From Emiliania huxleyi CCMP1516 (lineage: Eukaryota), in contig NW_005201092.1 of assembly GCF_000372725.1 (NCBI RefSeq), positions 470,564 through 534,563 on the forward strand: 64,000 bases of DNA, given 5' to 3'. Of the stretch, positions 1 through 12,124 are shown in pieces. Numbering within the stretch: the first letter of the stretch is position 1; each line of letters opens with the position of its first letter. Made by a program: the position numbers and the translations under genes. The notes beneath the pieces are model-generated. The model was not told the origin of the DNA. It did no database searches and saw nothing but the letters and a program-made list of their open reading frames with translations.

Positions 1-278
1 CTCACATCCCGCCAGCGCGCCAGCAGGCGGGCGAGGCGGCGCCGCGAGCGCTGCGCCTGCGCCCGCGACGAGAGCCGCCGCCAGACGAGCTGCCGCCGGG
101 CGTCCTCGACGGTGCGCCGGAGCCAGCCGTCCCACGCGAGGCGGAGCTGCTGACGGCGGGCGGCGGCGGCGTCGAGCGGCGTGATCTGGGCAGCGTCGAG
201 GCGGCGGAGGGCGGCCGGCAATCGCGGAGCCGGGGAGTAGCCGCTCGGAGAGAAGATCGAGGAGAGTAGATCAGCCAT
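1..278 (-). CDS. 5' part of an unknown gene running off the window start (MADLLSSIFSPSGY...)
   Basis: ATG at 278-276 and an open Ala/Arg/Trp-rich frame to the window edge; a truncated copy lies at 2125-2305. Confidence 0.4.
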   Translation of the reverse strand, partial: MADLLSSIFSPSGYSPAPRLPAALRRLDAAQITPLDAAAARRQQLRLAWDGWLRRTVEDARRQLVWRRLSSRAQAQRSRRRLARLLARWRDV

Positions 279-793
279 GTGCAGCGAGGAAGGCTGGAAA
301 CGGCGCCTGTCGTGGCGCGAAAGCACGCCGTTTGGCGGTTGAATTGAAGAAAGATTCGGCTTTAACTAAAACCCATCATCACCACGCACCTCCCCAGAAA
401 TCCCGAGGAGCCGTGCAGTGCCTAGATAAGTCTGTGTGCTGTGTGGTGTACGCCCTCCGAGCGGGGCGGGGTCTGCCCGTCGGGTTGCTGCCCTAATCCC
501 ACCAGGGGTTGTATGCTCTATTTATTTATTTACACATCATCACCACCACCACCACCACCCACCGCGAACACCACCACCACCACCACCGATTATTGACCAC
601 CACCGCCAGACCACTTGAACGCCGTGCGTGGGGCTCCTGGCTCCTGCCCGTGTCCGGGTGTGGAGATGCGAGGGTTGGGGGGTTGCCCCTCTTGCTACCT
701 ACACGATTTTTTTTTACGGCAGGGGCGGTCATGGCCGTCAACGACGCACCGCCGCCGCCGCCGGGCGTCATCCGCTACCGTCAGCTGTGGGTG
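98..793. repeat. Copy 1 of a 696-bp direct duplication
   Basis: Matches 2125-2820 at offset 2027; identical ORFs in the track (436/2463, 526/2553). Confidence 0.95.
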
Positions 794-912
794 CCACAGC
801 AGCAGCGGCACCTGCCACCCATTGGGCGGGCAGACAGAAGGCCAGGGCAGCACTGGCAAGTGCAACGCGCCTAATGTCGGAGAGCGACCCGTGCCTCGTT
901 CGCCGCTTACGA

Positions 913-1089
913 TGTAGAGTTTGTTGTAGAGATTTCACGTTGTAGAGCGCCTCTACATCGCCCTACAACGCAGGCGCTTCGTCCCGCGGCGGATGTAGAG
1001 CTCTACAGCTCTACAGCGCTCCAGAGCGCTCTACATCTCTACAGCTCTACAGCGCTCTACACTCTACATCCTCTACACCCTCCCTCAGG
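913..1089. repeat. TGTAGAG/CTCTACA motif array, possibly a transposon end
   Basis: Several TGTAGAG copies followed by many CTCTACA copies in the inverted orientation, ending in CCCTCCCTCAGG. Confidence 0.55.
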
Positions 1090-2124
1090 GAACACCTCCC
1101 AGAATGCGTCCCGGTATACTCCTTGAGGAAAAGAATTTCCGGCTAGCAGTAACACAAAAAACAATTAATAAAAATCTCTCTCTCTTTGTTTTGAGTGCGA
1201 CATCCACGCCACGTACCAGCAGAAGATCATCAGCTCGCGGCCTGCGTACGAGGTGTCAGCCCAGATAATCCAGCCTTCAGCCGAGACGTAGCCAATGACC
1301 CCCTCACCCCCCCGTAGCCAATGCGCCCCCCCCCCCCCCCCGCGGTGTCGGCGGCGGAGTGGGAGGAGTGGGAGCTCGGCGGCGGCGGGGACTGGGCGAC
1401 CTTTCGCGACGTTGGAACCCATATGCGGCGCTTCGTCTACTCCGTCATGACGCTCGACGAGTACACCCGTCACCCCGTCAATGGCTTCGCCGGGGCCTCG
1501 CGCACCCACTTCTCCGAGCTGCTCGCCGGCCCGCTGACCGATCTCACCGCCGCCGTCGCGAAGCTGCTGCGCAACTGTGGAGCACCGGCCAGGGGTCGGG
1601 GCGGGAGGCCACGTCCCGTTTGAACTGCGGGTGGCCTGTCTTCCGAGAGGCGCCGCCGGGACGGCCGTCGCGGCGAGGCAACACGGAGGAGGCGCCGACG
1701 TGGGCCGAGGAGCAGGCGAGCGCTGCGGCCGGGGTCGAGCGCGCCTCGGTGGCGCTCGCGCAACAGCTGGCGCAGTTTTGCCGCGCCGCGATGGCGGGGT
1801 CTGCCCACCGAGGAGACTCTGTGGCTGGCGACCTACATCGCCTTTGTTCGCCAGGCCACGGATGCGGCGGGCCGGCTCCTCCAGCTCCACCGCAGCACCG
1901 AGAGAGCGGTGCGCAGGATTGGAGGCGGCAGTGCAGCGCAAGGGGTGGAGAGCGTGCACGGGGGAGACGTGTGCGTGGTGCAAGTGCGGTCAGACGACGA
2001 CGACGGCGACAATGAGGCGGCGGCGGTGCGATGACGCTCTCGCGGCGTACACAGTAAACACATGCGACGGTGTCTCATTCACCTGAGGGGCTCTCGACCG
2101 CGCCTTGTGCACCGTGAGAGCGGT

Positions 2125-2820
2125 GGGCGTCCTCGACGGTGCGCCGGAGCCAGCCGTCCCACGCGAGGCGGAGCTGCTGACGGCGGGCGGCGGCGGCGTC
2201 GAGCGGCGTGATCTGGGCAGCGTCGAGGCGGCGGAGGGCGGCCGGCAATCGCGGAGCCGGGGAGTAGCCGCTCGGAGAGAAGATCGAGGAGAGTAGATCA
2301 GCCATGTGCAGCGAGGAAGGCTGGAAACGGCGCCTGTCGTGGCGCGAAAGCACGCCGTTTGGCGGTTGAATTGAAGAAAGATTCGGCTTTAACTAAAACC
2401 CATCATCACCACGCACCTCCCCAGAAATCCCGAGGAGCCGTGCAGTGCCTAGATAAGTCTGTGTGCTGTGTGGTGTACGCCCTCCGAGCGGGGCGGGGTC
2501 TGCCCGTCGGGTTGCTGCCCTAATCCCACCAGGGGTTGTATGCTCTATTTATTTATTTACACATCATCACCACCACCACCACCACCCACCGCGAACACCA
2601 CCACCACCACCACCGATTATTGACCACCACCGCCAGACCACTTGAACGCCGTGCGTGGGGCTCCTGGCTCCTGCCCGTGTCCGGGTGTGGAGATGCGAGG
2701 GTTGGGGGGTTGCCCCTCTTGCTACCTACACGATTTTTTTTTACGGCAGGGGCGGTCATGGCCGTCAACGACGCACCGCCGCCGCCGCCGGGCGTCATCC
2801 GCTACCGTCAGCTGTGGGTG
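2125..2820. repeat. Copy 2 of the 696-bp direct duplication
   Basis: Matches 98-793. Confidence 0.95.
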
Positions 2821-3261
2821 AGCGACGACGGCGTCACGCACCTCGCCGAGCGCCGATTCGGAGGGCTGGAGACGATGGACTTCACCTCGACAGGAGGAGA
2901 CGCGGCGATGCAGTACGTGCGTGCCTTCTCCAGCACCGACGACTTTTTGCTCACCGGCCTCGTCATCACCCAGCAGGTGGGTGAGAACCCGTGGCACCAC
3001 TGCCCGTCGCCCCAGTTTGTGGTGACGCTGGACGGCTCGTGGTACATCAGAACGTCCGATGGAGAGGTCACCACCTTCTCCAAGGGGGATGTGCTGTACC
3101 AGGACAACTCGGCCGCCCACCCGCTGGCGGCGCGCGGCCCCAGCGGCGGAGCGCCCCGCGGAGCGCAGCACTGGAGCGGTGCGCAGGGCGGGCCCTGCAA
3201 CCAGCTCGTACTGGGCGTGGCGCCAAAGGTGTTCCCTGCAGCCGGGCCGGGCGCGTGGTGA
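2758..3261 (+). CDS. Cupin (RmlC-like) domain protein
   Basis: WHHCPSPQFVVTLDG and TSDGEVTTFSKGDVLYQDN...H match the two cupin motifs; intronless. Confidence 0.75.
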   Translation: MAVNDAPPPPPGVIRYRQLWVSDDGVTHLAERRFGGLETMDFTSTGGDAAMQYVRAFSSTDDFLLTGLVITQQVGENPWHHCPSPQFVVTLDGSWYIRTSDGEVTTFSKGDVLYQDNSAAHPLAARGPSGGAPRGAQHWSGAQGGPCNQLVLGVAPKVFPAAGPGAW

Positions 3262-3688
3262 GCGTGAGGCTGTTACGTTCGCTGTTTTTGCTTGTCTTAC
3301 CGGATGCCGATGGAAAGACTTAATTATTGGTCGGCGGCACACCGCCGAGATGCTGTGCTCACACACCTCACACGCGCTCACCACAGACCGGCACTAGCTG
3401 TGACACAAGCGACGATAGCGATGGAACATGGGATCGGCAGCTCTAGCTGCCGGCAACCTCATGCTCATCAGACGTAGGAACGTACACCTTTGCCTCTCAT
3501 GTACCAAACCTAGCGCCACAAATTGTCAACGGCCGCTCCGCCTGCTCCGTGCTCGCCGCTCCCACCGGCTGCACTGGCCGCTCGGGCGGCAGCACGCGCT
3601 CGCTGCAGCTCCCGCCCGTATTCCTCGCCGATGCCGATGATGCCTGGAAAGCGCGGCTTGCCGTCGCCCAAGGGGGCGGCGAACCTGT

Positions 3689-5194
3689 TCACACGACGCG
3701 CTGTGAAAGGGCGCCGCTCACGCGAGGAGGCCGCCTGCGCGAGGGCGAGTCGCGCTTGAACGTGACGGTGGTGCCGGAGGGGATGGGCTTCGCCTTCCAG
3801 TCCCAAGAGCACGAGAAGACCGTGCCGGGAGTCACCCTGCAGTCGGAGCTGTTCCCGATCACTTTGAGGCGCAGCGAGGCGCGCACAGAGGTGCCGTCGC
3901 CCATGTTGGTGCCCAGCACCTCCGCCTCCGCGTCCAGCCACTCCTTCACCTTGAGCACATCGCGGGAGCGGCCCCTTCGGTGCCGCGACAGCGCCCGCCG
4001 CAGCACGAGCCCCTCGCCGCCCTCCGCCAGCACCGCCTCCATCAGCCGCTTCACGACCGCCTCCTCCTCGCACCGGACCGCGCCAACCACGAAACAGCGC
4101 GCCGCCGGCGGCGCACGGGCCGGAGCGAACGGTGGCGTCGGCTCGAGACCTCGCGATCGCGCGACGGCAGCGATCGCCTCGTCTGCCGCCGCGAGGCGGG
4201 CGAGGAAGCCGCCGGCCACTTCGGGCGCGTCGTACACCGCGAAGGAGACCCCGTCGAAGTCGGACCAGACCTTGCTCACGGCGGAGAAGCAGCCGCGCCC
4301 GCTCCACAGCTCTCCGTCGAGCTTGAGGTCGGTCGGCAGCAGGGAGGCCAGCTCCGGCGGAGGCTTCACCCGCCGCTCCGCCCCGCCCTGGATGCCGCGC
4401 ATGCGAAACTCGGTGCCGTCCCACAGCGAGCGGAAGCCGTCAAACTTCTCCATCGCCACGAAGCCGCGGAGGTTGTCGACGCCGGGCCGGAGGGCCACCG
4501 CGAGGGCAAAGATGCCGCACCTCTCCTCGCGCGCCTTCTCCACCTTCCACCGCTGGTCTTGCTTGTGAGCCTGCGAGACGGTGGAATCCGCCGCCTCGAG
4601 GTTGCACGGCGTCTCGTAGATGGTCACGCCACGATAGGTCGGCTCCAGGTTCACCGCGTACTTCGCCGCCTGGGCGTCCCACCGCACCGCTGTCCCGTAG
4701 CTACCAGTGCGCTGGGGTCCGATGAACTTCACGCGCTGGCGCACCAGATCGCCGGCCGCCCACGAGGAGTCGAGCGTGCACTCAAAGCTCGACGACGAGC
4801 CGCCGCTCGAAGCCGCCACGAAGCTGCCGTTCAGGAAGCAGCTAGTCCGTCGCATCCCCTCTTCCGGCGCTGCGCCCGCGCCCGCCCCTGGGCCTCCGCT
4901 TGCTGCTGCTGCGGCTGCCGACGACGATGCTGCCGCCGACGATGCTGCCGCCGGCCGCGGTCGCGCCGCCACCTTTTGAGCGCACCATCCGTCGTCCGAG
5001 TCGTACTCGCCGGCGCGGACCAAGTTCCTCTCTGGGACAGCAAGCCGCTTGTCTGAGGGCTCACCGCCGGTCTCCAGCCTGAGGGTGCACCGCTCGCCGA
5101 CAGTCTCGACGGTCGCCTCTCTCCCGTTCAGCTCTTGGCCCCTTTCCGAAGTGAGGCCAAAGATTCGGACGACGTCGCCGGCGGCGAGCGCCAT
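3689..5194 (-). CDS. Minimal ATP-dependent DNA ligase with an N-terminal extension
   Basis: Motif I EKFDGFR, III LDGELW, IIIa FAVYDAP, IV GGEGLVLR, V LKVK and OB-fold end PIPSGTTVTFK; the 3' end may be spliced. Confidence 0.85.
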   Translation of the reverse strand: MALAAGDVVRIFGLTSERGQELNGREATVETVGERCTLRLETGGEPSDKRLAVPERNLVRAGEYDSDDGWCAQKVAARPRPAAASSAAASSSAAAAAASGGPGAGAGAAPEEGMRRTSCFLNGSFVAASSGGSSSSFECTLDSSWAAGDLVRQRVKFIGPQRTGSYGTAVRWDAQAAKYAVNLEPTYRGVTIYETPCNLEAADSTVSQAHKQDQRWKVEKAREERCGIFALAVALRPGVDNLRGFVAMEKFDGFRSLWDGTEFRMRGIQGGAERRVKPPPELASLLPTDLKLDGELWSGRGCFSAVSKVWSDFDGVSFAVYDAPEVAGGFLARLAAADEAIAAVARSRGLEPTPPFAPARAPPAARCFVVGAVRCEEEAVVKRLMEAVLAEGGEGLVLRRALSRHRRGRSRDVLKVKEWLDAEAEVLGTNMGDGTSVRASLRLKVIGNSSDCRVTPGTVFSCSWDWKAKPIPSGTTVTFKRDSPSRRRPPRVSGALSQRVV

Positions 5195-5601
5195 GCGGCT
5201 GCGATCGCAGGTCGGGCGGTCTGCCTGGTGTCAGTCGAGGCGGGCCGGCGCCTACCCCTGAAGGCCGGAAAGAAAAACCTGGCCGCGGCCCCACACTACT
5301 TTCGTTAAAATCCCTCTCCGCCAAAACCGCCTGGATTGAATCGGCGCCCACCACCCCGACGGGCGCGCGGCGGCGCGCGGACGGACGTCAAAGGACGGCC
5401 GCGAAAACCGCGCAGCGCAAGCAACAACGTGTGTGTTGGCGTGCTCCCCGTGTGCCGTGTCTCTGGCGTTTGTGCCCCGTCCAGGCTGGTCCTGGGCCCC
5501 CCAGGTTTTATTTTTATGTTGGACGGCCGAAAGAAGACGACGCTCACCTCATTGAGATGCTGCTGCTTTGGCACCTCCTGATATAATGCTGAGCGGGGCG
5601 G

Positions 5602-5738
5602 AGGCCCAGTGAGGTAGTGCATCTGACTATCCCGGATCCTGCTGAACAAGCTCCTCTTGTAGCTCAATCGGTCACACCGCCATCGCCGTCGGGGAGAGGG
5701 GGGACGACACTGCTTCGGCAGCGTGCACCTCGATCCTG
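5602..5738 (-). repeat. Dispersed repeat family B, partial copy
   Basis: Reverse complement of part of 22427-22702; also related to 56050-56264. Confidence 0.8.
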
Positions 5739-6162
5739 GGCGCGCGGAAGGTGTGCAAGCGAGCTGGCGGCTCCTGGCAGACTGGCAGCGACACGTGCGC
5801 GCTGGGGGAGCAGAGCTGCACGAACCTCTCTGATAAGTTGGTGTCCATCCGGGACTGCTCCGCTACTCTCTCAGGACAAGCAGTTTGGTCCTCAGCCGTG
5901 GGCTGGTGGTGCTCGCAGCAGGACCTAGTGTCCAACACGTACCGCCTTTGCGACGTTGATTGATGTGACTGTCACTGTGATGGCATACCTACCACGGGTA
6001 CCGGCACCGGCGTTGCGTAAGATCGCAGGAACGGCGAATCCTTGCCCCCATGCTCCATGCTTCGTTCGAAGATTTACAGCAAAGGCGCCCACCTACTGCG
6101 AGGAGTTGCTTTCTCGTGTGTGTGTGTTAGTACACACAATAATGGGTGGATGCACACTACAA

Positions 6163-6336
6163 GTCCGCCGAATTTAAGATTTTAGAGGCCGGCCGCAGGC
6201 CGGCGATTTTCAGATTTTAGACCAAGATTTTAGAGCTCTGGAGCGCATTTTCGCAAGATTTTAGCTGTAAATTCACACATTTTCAAGATTTTACAGCTCA
6301 CGGCCGCCCCGCCTTCAAATCTTAAATTCGGCTGAC
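6163..6336. mobile_element. MITE-like element
   Basis: Terminal inverted repeat GCCGAATTTAAGATTT (6167-6182) / AAATCTTAAATTCGGC (6317-6332), extendable with one mismatch; internal AGATTTT repeats; no clear TSD. Confidence 0.7.
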
Positions 6337-6439
6337 CTGTACTTTGTCCCCAAGCACGAGACCTCGGTACTCGAGTAGGGGGGTACGGGGCCCGGCCGCC
6401 AGCGATTGCCGGAGACGTCCGTGAAGCCCAAGCCCACAC

Positions 6440-7684
6440 ATGCTGCGCGGCACGCTCGGCGTCTTCTTCTCGCTGCAGGCCGGATCGGCGGTAGCCTGGT
6501 CGCGGCTCAATGTGGGCGGCAAGACGCCGCCCATCACATGCGGAGGCGCCAGGATGAGCGAGCAAATTGCCAAAAACATTCGCGGCGAAAACCCCGAGGT
6601 GCCAGTCTCAATCATCGCCCGGTACCCGCTGCTTGACCCGTACGTGAAGTTCCTGTCTGACTTCCACGTTTACTGCGCCGTCATTCTCCTTGCGATCGTC
6701 ATGGTACAGATGCTGCGCAAGGTCAAGGGCGACTCCTTCCACGTCGCTCTGGGCCGAATCCTCTCCTACCTGATCGCCCCGCACTATGTCTTCATCGGTC
6801 TGCCCGCGCCGCGCCCGCGCCGTGTTTACACGTAGAGAGTTCAGCCCATCCCGCGCGCTCCTCAGGCTGCTTGCTCAACTACCACGCAATCATGCTCGAC
6901 GTCACCGACTGGAAGCTGGCGCCGCCGGCTTCCGACTGGCGGCTGCAGGTCTCCTACATCATCCCGTTCGCCATCAACACACTCGTGGCGATGTGCATGG
7001 GATTCTGGCTCTGCCGGTACAGATTTATGCCGCCGTGGACGGCGACGCCGCTTAAATACCTCTCGCTCTTCTCGGTCTCCTTCTGGCTCACGGTCGGCGT
7101 ATACCAGACCGGCTCGCAAGCCTTCGGGCTCGGACTCGGAGCCTTTGGCCTGCCTCCCGAGAAGGCCGTGCCCGGCGGCACCACCGACAGCCAGGACTTC
7201 TTCAAGGACATCAACCTCATCGTGCTAGCCGTGGGCACTATGCAGGCGGGCCAGGATTTTGTCGCGTATAAGTGCCTGTGCCTCGTCGAGGCGAGCGGGA
7301 CCAAGGAGCTCGCGTGGAAGGATCTCCACAAGTGGGCGATGATCGACCTCGCGTACCAGGCGTCGTCCTCGCGCTCTCCCCCGCCTTTCCCCCTCGCACC
7401 CATCCTCGCACCCACCAGCGACCCGTGACACCCCCCGCATCTAGGCGGGCGTCATCTTTGCCCTCTTCCTCGCCTTCTTCCCGTACTGCCTCTTCGGCCT
7501 GCCCGACTGGACGTGCATCGAGTCACCCTTCTTCGCGGCGCCGCTGATCAGCGTCTTCCTCGTCCCCGTCATGCTGCAGGCAAGCTGGATCGCCTCCTTC
7601 CTCAAGGCGCTCTTTGGCGGCGACATTGCGAAGTTCTCGAAGAACAACCACAAGTGGGACAAGCCGGCCGGCAAGACGGAGTGA
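6440..7684 (+). CDS. Multi-pass membrane protein of unknown function, about 3 exons
   Basis: Hydrophobic ORFs 6440-6835 and 6871-7428 plus a terminal exon ending KTE-TGA; introns near 6798-6865 and 7360-7444. Confidence 0.65.
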
Positions 7685-7911
7685 CGACGCTCGACTCTGG
7701 CGCATGGAGAGAGAAAGCACACTTGCCACCGTGCATTCTGGTTACGAGCCGCGCGCTCCGATTTTGTTGGGTGTGTCGGTGGTCTGTGTGTCTCGGTTTG
7801 TTCGGTCCGCGTTGAGGCCTCGCTACTGACGCGGACGACGCGGCCAAACCTCGGGCCGCGCCTGGCGAGGTACTTCCAGCCTGCTGTGTGGGGCAGTCTC
7901 GTTGACTCGGG

Positions 7912-8146
7912 GCACTTGGATCACTTGGAGTGCGGTCAGCAGCCTCACGCCCAGGGCCGGGGAGCTAAGAAGCGCAAAAAAGAAGCGCATGCGCACTTGG
8001 AGCACTTGGAGTGCAGTCATTAGCCTCACATCCAGGGCCGGGGAGCTAAGAAGCGCACCCAGCGGGCCGGATGATCGGGATCGGGTTGCGGGCAAGAAAG
8101 CCCTAGCCCCGGGGGTGCGCGTTCGCAGGGAAAGGGCCGTAAAGCC
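7912..8146 (-). repeat. Dispersed repeat family A (partial tandem duplicate plus longer copy)
   Basis: Reverse complement of 26390-26562; CACTTGGAGTGC...GGGGAGCTAAGAAGCGCA occurs twice. Confidence 0.85.
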
Positions 8147-9186
8147 CGGGCCAGGCACAGAGACGGCAGCTAGGGCAGGGCACGCAGGGCGCCACCAGCG
8201 GTCTTGCTTGCAATGCCGCGCGCAGGGCGGAGAAGGGGGGAGAGGGCCGGATGCTGTATGGGCCACAGGTAGGGGTGGGTGCCGCGCCTCCGAAGGAGGG
8301 CTGGGTCGCGAGAGCCCTGCCGGGGACAGGGGAGAGGAGGCGGGTGTGCTCGTGCTCAGCGCGAGCGGCCGGCGCCGAGGTCCCAAAGCTGGACCTCGGC
8401 TACATACGGGGGGATGCACGGTGGGCGTACGTGGAGAGGGCGGGGGCGCGCGCCTCAGCTTGGTGCGGGTGGCGGAGGAGAAGGCTGCCCAGAGCTGCGC
8501 ACCTGGCACAATGCGATGCGCGTTTGGTGAGAATTTCGCAAGGTGGCGCGTGTGCGCGCGCGCTCTGTGTGGTGCCCAGGCAGTCGGCCCAGCTAGGGTG
8601 AGGGGGCCTTCACCACTCCTACGAACTCTCACGAGGCACGCCTGCTGAGGAACGATGCGCGGTGTGCTGCTGCCGTTTATTGCCCGCGCCCTCTCAACGG
8701 AAAGTAAGGAAAAAACGCAACGCGGGCCCAAGCCTCCCTTCAGGCCGCGACAGAGGAGGAAACGACAGGAGGGAGAGCGACGAGAGTGGGACGACCGCGA
8801 GGTGGCATGAAGGTGCAGCGAGAATCGGAGAGGGACTGCCAAGAGAGATAGGAAGAGGCAGACGACCAAGGGTAGGAAGGGTGCCCACAGCGCACAGGAC
8901 CCAAAAGAACCCAGCTTTCCGGCTCAAAAAGGGACGCACAAGCAAATCTGATGTTGGCTTGTTCCAATAGGAGCGAGGCCTCTTCCGTGGGGGGACCGAG
9001 TTCATAGGAAACTAGAAGCAGGGGGAGAGGGAGAGTCAGAGGAAGGGGGGGCACAGGAGAGGGAGAGTCTCTCACCCTCTCTCGCCACCCTTTCCCCCCC
9101 CTCTCTCTGTCTCTCTCTCCCCTGCATCTCCCCCGTCGGCCCGGGATTTCTTCTTTCCCAGCAACGACGCGGCCGATCTGCAGGCC

Positions 9187-11078
9187 ATGCTGCGCAGTTG
9201 CTCCCTCGCCCTCCTAGCCCTGCACGGCGCGAGTGCCCTGCAGGTCGCCAAGCCCGCAATATCGACGCGGCGTGCGGACGGCCTCCGCTCCACCGCCATA
9301 CTCGCCGTGTCTGCGACCGACGAAGGCCAGGCTTCGCTTCCCTCCTCCACTGCCAACCTAGTCAAGTCCATCGTCGGCTCGGGCGTGCTCTCGCTACCGG
9401 TCGGCCTCGCCGCCTTCAGCTCCTCGCGCGCGGCCCTTGTCCCGGCGCTCGCTCTCCTCTCCGTCGCCGGCACCGTGTCCGGTTACTGCTTCTCGATGGT
9501 GGCCCGCGTCTGCGCCGCCACCGACTCCTCCTCCTGGGGCGAGGCCTGGTCCAAGTCGGCCCGATGCCAGTCGTCGCGGGCGCCCGTGGCCCGAGCCGCC
9601 TCGGCACCCTCTCGGAAGCGTCGTCGTAGGTGGGCGAGAAGTCGTCGTGGGTGCCTCCGGCCCTCATCGGCCTGCTCACGCTCTCGGTCAGCATCCAGTA
9701 CACCATGGTGATCGGCGACTCCTTCTCCTCCATCTTCTCGGCGCGACGCCCCTCCTCGCTGCTGGTCCCCCCCCCCCCCCCTCTTCACACCCCCACATCT
9801 GTGAACAGGCGTGGGGCCTCCCTGCGCTGCTCGCGAGTCGGACGGGCGCCATCGCCGCCCTGACGGCCTTTGGCACGCTGCCGCTCTCGCTGCTGCCCTC
9901 GCTCTCGGCGCTCTCCTTCACGTCGGCGCTCGGCGTCGCCGGACTGCTCTACACCGCCGCCTTCATGGTCCTCCGCATGTCCTCCTACGGGCCCGGCTCG
10001 GCGCTGCACGCCGCGGTGCCTCCGCCGCTGCGGCCGCGCTTCGAGGGCGCTCTCGCCTTCTCGCCCAAGGCGGCCGTCCTCCCCAGCCCTCCGCCCTGCT
10101 CCGCCACAACGTAGCCATGCCCTCCACTGTGTTTGGCGGTCATGGACCTTTCAACCGCTCGGTGTCCAACCGCCCGCCCGACGCGCTCGTGTGCAATCAA
10201 CGCCCTCCCGCTCCGCCACCACGCCACCAGTAGCCCCGCCACCAGTAGCCCCGCCACCAGTAGCCGAGTCACTCGTGCTCGGCGGGAAGGTGTTCGTACT
10301 CGTCTCGATCCTCGCCTCCGCCTTCCTCTGCCACTTTGTCGCGCCCAACTTCTACAAGGAGCTCGCGCCCGGCGCCGGCGCAGCGCCCGCCAAGGAACGA
10401 ACGACGCGCGCCGCTCCTCCTCGCTAGTCGCTCACCGCCGATGATCTAACCATCGAATGAGTAGGAGCGCAAGATGCGCCGCTTCTCGCTGCTGACGGCG
10501 GGACGCCTCTGGCCCCTCTCGTGCTGACAGCTCCTGCCTTCCCGACGCACGGCGCTCTCTCCTAGGCCGGAGGCTTCGCGCTCTCCGCCGCCCTGACCGC
10601 CGTCGTCATGGCGGCCGGGTTCCTCACCTTTGGAGGCGCGTGCGACGGCTTCATCCTCAACAACTACGCGCCGACCGACCGCCTCGCGCAGCTCGCGCGC
10701 GTCGCCATCGGCTCGCAGATCGTCTTCACGTACCCCTTCATCCACGTCGGTTTGCGTGATTCGGCGCAGGCGCTGCTCGCGTCGGTCTTCGGGAAGGCGC
10801 CGGCGCGCGTGCCGACGACCTTTGGCATCTTCGCCCTCACCACCGCCATCGCCATCTCGCTGACCAACCTCGGCCTCATCGCCGCCGTCACCGGCGCCCT
10901 CGTCTCCACCTCGATCGGCTACGTGCTGCCGAGCCTCATGCTCGGCCAGACTCTCGCGCGGCGGGTCCGCGCGGGCGGCGCCTCTCGCAGTGACAAGCTC
11001 GAGCTCCTCGCCGCGCGCGGCATCACCGCGCTCGGCGTCGCGCTCGCGGGCATCGGAGTGTGGAGCTGCTTCGTGTGA
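9187..11078 (+). CDS. Amino-acid transporter (Aa_trans, SLC38/AVT-like), multi-exon, with a signal/transit-like N-terminus
   Basis: STANLVKSIVGSGVLSLP, AFLCHF, GFLTFG...GFILNNY and multiple TM helices. Confidence 0.85.
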
Positions 11079-12054
11079 GGCAAGACGGGCGCCGAGCCTC
11101 GCGGCAGCCGTTCCTTCTCTCTCACTGACACCCAGCCCGCACAGATTGACCTCAAGGCCCATGTAGCGCGAGCTCGGCTCGCCCACACGCGCGCGCATTT
11201 CGCACAGTCACAAGTGTACGTGTGTCTCCGGCCGATCTCTTGAGGCCCAGTCCCGCGAAGGCGCTGCCGCGGGGTTTAATTTAACAAGAGCATGTTCAAA
11301 CCGCACGCGGCTGGCCCCCCGTACGTCAGTAGGACGCGTCGGGCGATGCACCAACTTGATTCGTAGATGGCATCTAGTAGATCGGCGTCTCACGGCCGGG
11401 CCGCGGGACGGGGAGGGAGGGGGGGGTCGATCCGTAAATCCGTAATTCCGTTAAATTTGTAACGAAAAGCCACCAGGAGTCCCCCGCCACACCCATCCAC
11501 CAGGCAGATAGAGACACAGCACTCGCGACACGCTGAGAAACCGGAGGCTGGCCTCTCCAACGCTCGCGCAACGCTGTCTGCACGTGCGCAGCTCTGGGGT
11601 CCGGGCGGCCCAGGCCACACGGTGGGAGGGTCAACGACCGTACGACTGTAACGCTACGTATATCTCTTAACAATCACTCTATATTCGTGCTTGCCGAGCT
11701 GCGCCTCTGCGAGTGCGACTAGCGCTGTGCCGCGCAGTCCCCGCTACCTCTCTGTGGCGGCCGCGGGGCGAAACGCAAGAGCGACGAATCGGCGCCCGAC
11801 GCAGTGGGCGAGCGGCGGGAGGAGCGAGCGCTGCCGACGGAGGAGGCGTTGGAGGAGCGGACGGAGGCGCGGACCGAGTCTCGCGTCTCGGGGCGGGGTA
11901 TGGGGAAGGGGGGACGCCTCCACACACAACGAGGCGGGGCGGGGGGAGGGGGGGAGGGGGGGGGGGGGGAGCAGCCCCTCGCACATCGCCACGTCCCCAG
12001 GCCACGAGGCCCACGGCATTGACGATGCAAGGCCGAGGATGAGCGGTGGGCGAT

Positions 12055-12118
12055 GTGTGTGCGTGCGTGCGTGCGTGCGTGCGTGCGTGGGTGCGTGCGT
12101 GCGTGCGTGCGTGCGTGC
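12055..12118. repeat. (GTGC)n microsatellite
   Basis: Direct reading. Confidence 0.9.
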
Positions 12119-12124
12119 GGCGCT

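Noticed and set aside
436..874. Poly-His small proteins
   Set aside because: Translation of a CAC microsatellite upstream of the cupin start
7823..8990. ORFs of 250-350 aa
   Set aside because: They overlap repeat family A, are low complexity and show no recognisable motifs
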